64,000 nt of DNA from contig JAVBWG010000011.1 in NCBI GenBank assembly GCA_036677555.1, forward strand, positions 175,716 through 239,715, read 5' to 3'. Source of the stretch: Methanomassiliicoccales archaeon. Its GTDB lineage: Archaea; Thermoplasmatota; Thermoplasmata; Methanomassiliicoccales; UBA472. Made by a program: the position numbers and the translations under genes. The stretch's first letter is position 1, and each line of letters starts with the position of its first letter. The notes beneath the pieces are model-generated. The model was not told the origin of the DNA and searched no databases. It was given only the letters and a program-made list of their open reading frames with translations. Positions 62,587 through 64,000 of the stretch are shown here, piece by piece.

Positions 62587-63381
62587 ATGCTAGTATCCAT
62601 AGTCCTCAAGGTAAGGAACGAAGAGGACAACATCTCCGACGCCTTGGACTCCCTGGTCGTACAGGAAGGCCCCATCGAAATCGTCGTGGTCGATGGATAC
62701 AGCACCGATCGTACCCAGGAGATAGTCAGGGAGTACGGTTCCAGGTATCCTTTCGTTCACCTATTTGTGGCCGGCGGCACCCGCGGGGACAGCCTCAACT
62801 ACGGATTGAAGAAGACCAAGGCGGACATAATCGCGCTGACGGACGGCGACTGCATCGCCAACCCCAATTGGATCAGGGAGATACGCCGCTGCATCGTGGA
62901 CCGGGGGGTCGACATGGTGGCCGGGAGGTCCATCAACATTGGCCTGAGCGCCTGGGAGAAGCTCGACCGCGTCGAGCTGTACAACAAGGGATTCGATTGC
63001 ACCTGGCCGGGATGCAATCTTGCTTTCCGGAGAGAGGTGTTCGAAAGGGTGGGCGGGGTGGATCCTTGGTTCGTCACCGCCGAGGACATCGATTTCAATC
63101 TCCGCGCCACCGATGCCGGGTTCAGTCTGGTGCACAATCCTAAGGCTATAATCTACAACCGCACCCGAGGCACCTTTTACGGTTTCTGCCACCAGGCATT
63201 CTGGAACGGAGCGGGGAGGAAGCAGCTGACCATGAAGCACGGGGTGCTGTGGGAGCGCTATGACCCGCTCAAAATGTTCCGCCAAAGGATGACCTTCTGG
63301 GCCATGGTCAGACTGGGCTTTGCCTGGCTGGGCTATTTCGGCTACAAGTTCTTCGGCGACAAGCCACCGTCCACGGCCTGA
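62587..63381 (+). CDS. Family 2 glycosyltransferase
   Basis: 264 aa from the ATG at 62587 (MLVSIVLKVRNEEDNI...VVVDGYSTDRT...LTDGDC...). The track ORF starts at a GTG at 62497, so the start is uncertain. Confidence 0.75.
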   Translation: MLVSIVLKVRNEEDNISDALDSLVVQEGPIEIVVVDGYSTDRTQEIVREYGSRYPFVHLFVAGGTRGDSLNYGLKKTKADIIALTDGDCIANPNWIREIRRCIVDRGVDMVAGRSINIGLSAWEKLDRVELYNKGFDCTWPGCNLAFRREVFERVGGVDPWFVTAEDIDFNLRATDAGFSLVHNPKAIIYNRTRGTFYGFCHQAFWNGAGRKQLTMKHGVLWERYDPLKMFRQRMTFWAMVRLGFAWLGYFGYKFFGDKPPSTA

Positions 63382-63395
63382 AAGCATTATTAGCC

Positions 63396-64000
63396 ATGTC
63401 GGGGTTATACCCCGGAGGCGGGAACTTGCAGCTGAGCGTGATCATACCCACCATGAACGAGGAGGAATCCATAGGCCAGGTCATTGATAGCGTTCACCAG
63501 GCCTTGCGCGGTTGGGAGTACGAGGTCCTCGTGGTGGACACCAACTCCAAGGACCGCACCAGAGATATCGCCTCGGAAAAGGGGGCGGTGGTCATCGAGG
63601 AGCCGCGCCGCGGTTATGGACGGGCGTACAAGACCGGTTTCGAGAGGTCCAAAGGAGATGTAATCGCCACTTTGGACGCCGATTGCACCTATCCGGCGGA
63701 AGATATCCCGGCTCTGCACAGGCTGCTGGTGGACCAGGGCCTTGATTTCATAACCACCAACCGCTTCGCTCAGCTGGAGGAGGGCGCCATGACCGCCAAG
63801 CACAGGGTCGGCAACTTCGCCTTGACCCTGGTGTCCAACCTCTTCTTCGGGGTACGGATCAAGGACTCCCAGAGCGGGATGTGGGTGTTCCGGCGCAGCA
63901 TACTGGACAAACTGGTGCTGAGCGATGATGGGATGCCGATGTCCGAGGAGATCAAGATAGAGGCTTTCCGCAAGGTGAACAGCAGGGAAGTGCCGATAGC
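63396..64000 (+). CDS. Family 2 glycosyltransferase (dolichyl-phosphate sugar synthase-like), 3' end outside the window
   Basis: This frame is open to the window edge and is therefore absent from the ORF track. My own translation reads MSGLYPGGGNLQLSVIIPTMNEEESIGQVI...VVDTNSKDRT...TLDADCTYP...KDSQSGMWVFRR. Confidence 0.75.
   Translation, partial: MSGLYPGGGNLQLSVIIPTMNEEESIGQVIDSVHQALRGWEYEVLVVDTNSKDRTRDIASEKGAVVIEEPRRGYGRAYKTGFERSKGDVIATLDADCTYPAEDIPALHRLLVDQGLDFITTNRFAQLEEGAMTAKHRVGNFALTLVSNLFFGVRIKDSQSGMWVFRRSILDKLVLSDDGMPMSEEIKIEAFRKVNSREVPI

Noticed and set aside
1-64000. CRISPR arrays, rRNA genes, transposase/IS elements and toxin-antitoxin pairs.
   Set aside because: No regularly spaced direct repeats, no rRNA-like conserved stretches and no transposase-like ORFs were seen. 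The only repeats found are the att pair, an 18-bp tandem duplication and short palindromes.

Overview
High-GC archaeal chromosomal segment. Archaeal identity rests on RpoN, L18e, S15, Nop5, fibrillarin, aIF5A, Kae1, an Sm protein and SMC-ScpAB; the lineage cannot be fixed without a database search. It holds about 65 supportable protein genes, two tRNAs, and no rRNA or CRISPR array. Most genes are housekeeping: Trk K+ uptake, Na/Pi symport, an L18e-L13-S9-RpoN-tRNA-Pro cluster, a ppk1-CHAD-ppx polyphosphate operon, UDP-sugar enzymes, NAD kinase, a PEP-utilising enzyme, Nop5/aIF5A/agmatinase, an ABC importer and SMC-ScpA-ScpB. Two regions stand out. (1) 11652..13882 (minus strand) is a tightly coupled four-gene cassette: a minimal E1, a small beta-grasp protein ending in GG-NK, a canonical UBC-fold E2 (HPN motif plus catalytic Cys) and an Rpn11-like JAMM isopeptidase. 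This is a eukaryote-type ubiquitylation module, with no RING E3, embedded in host-like DNA. (2) 34561..43085 is an 8.5-kb AT-richer integrated element in the 3' end of tRNA-Val. It is bounded by 28-bp direct repeats (27/28 identical). It carries a tyrosine integrase, a P-loop replication-type ATPase, small HTH and zinc-ribbon proteins of unknown function, and a 1308-aa single-chain type IIG restriction-modification enzyme. Secondary points: a CHAD-metallophosphoesterase-HD triple fusion coupled between ppk1 and ppx; a second JAMM protein coupled to NAD kinase and an IMPase-like gene; a rifampin-phosphotransferase-like enzyme coupled to an unknown 306-aa protein; nop5 unlinked from fibrillarin; and a regulator whose conserved HTH lies upstream of any canonical start codon. 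All family assignments come from motif reading of the supplied translations. No searches were run.
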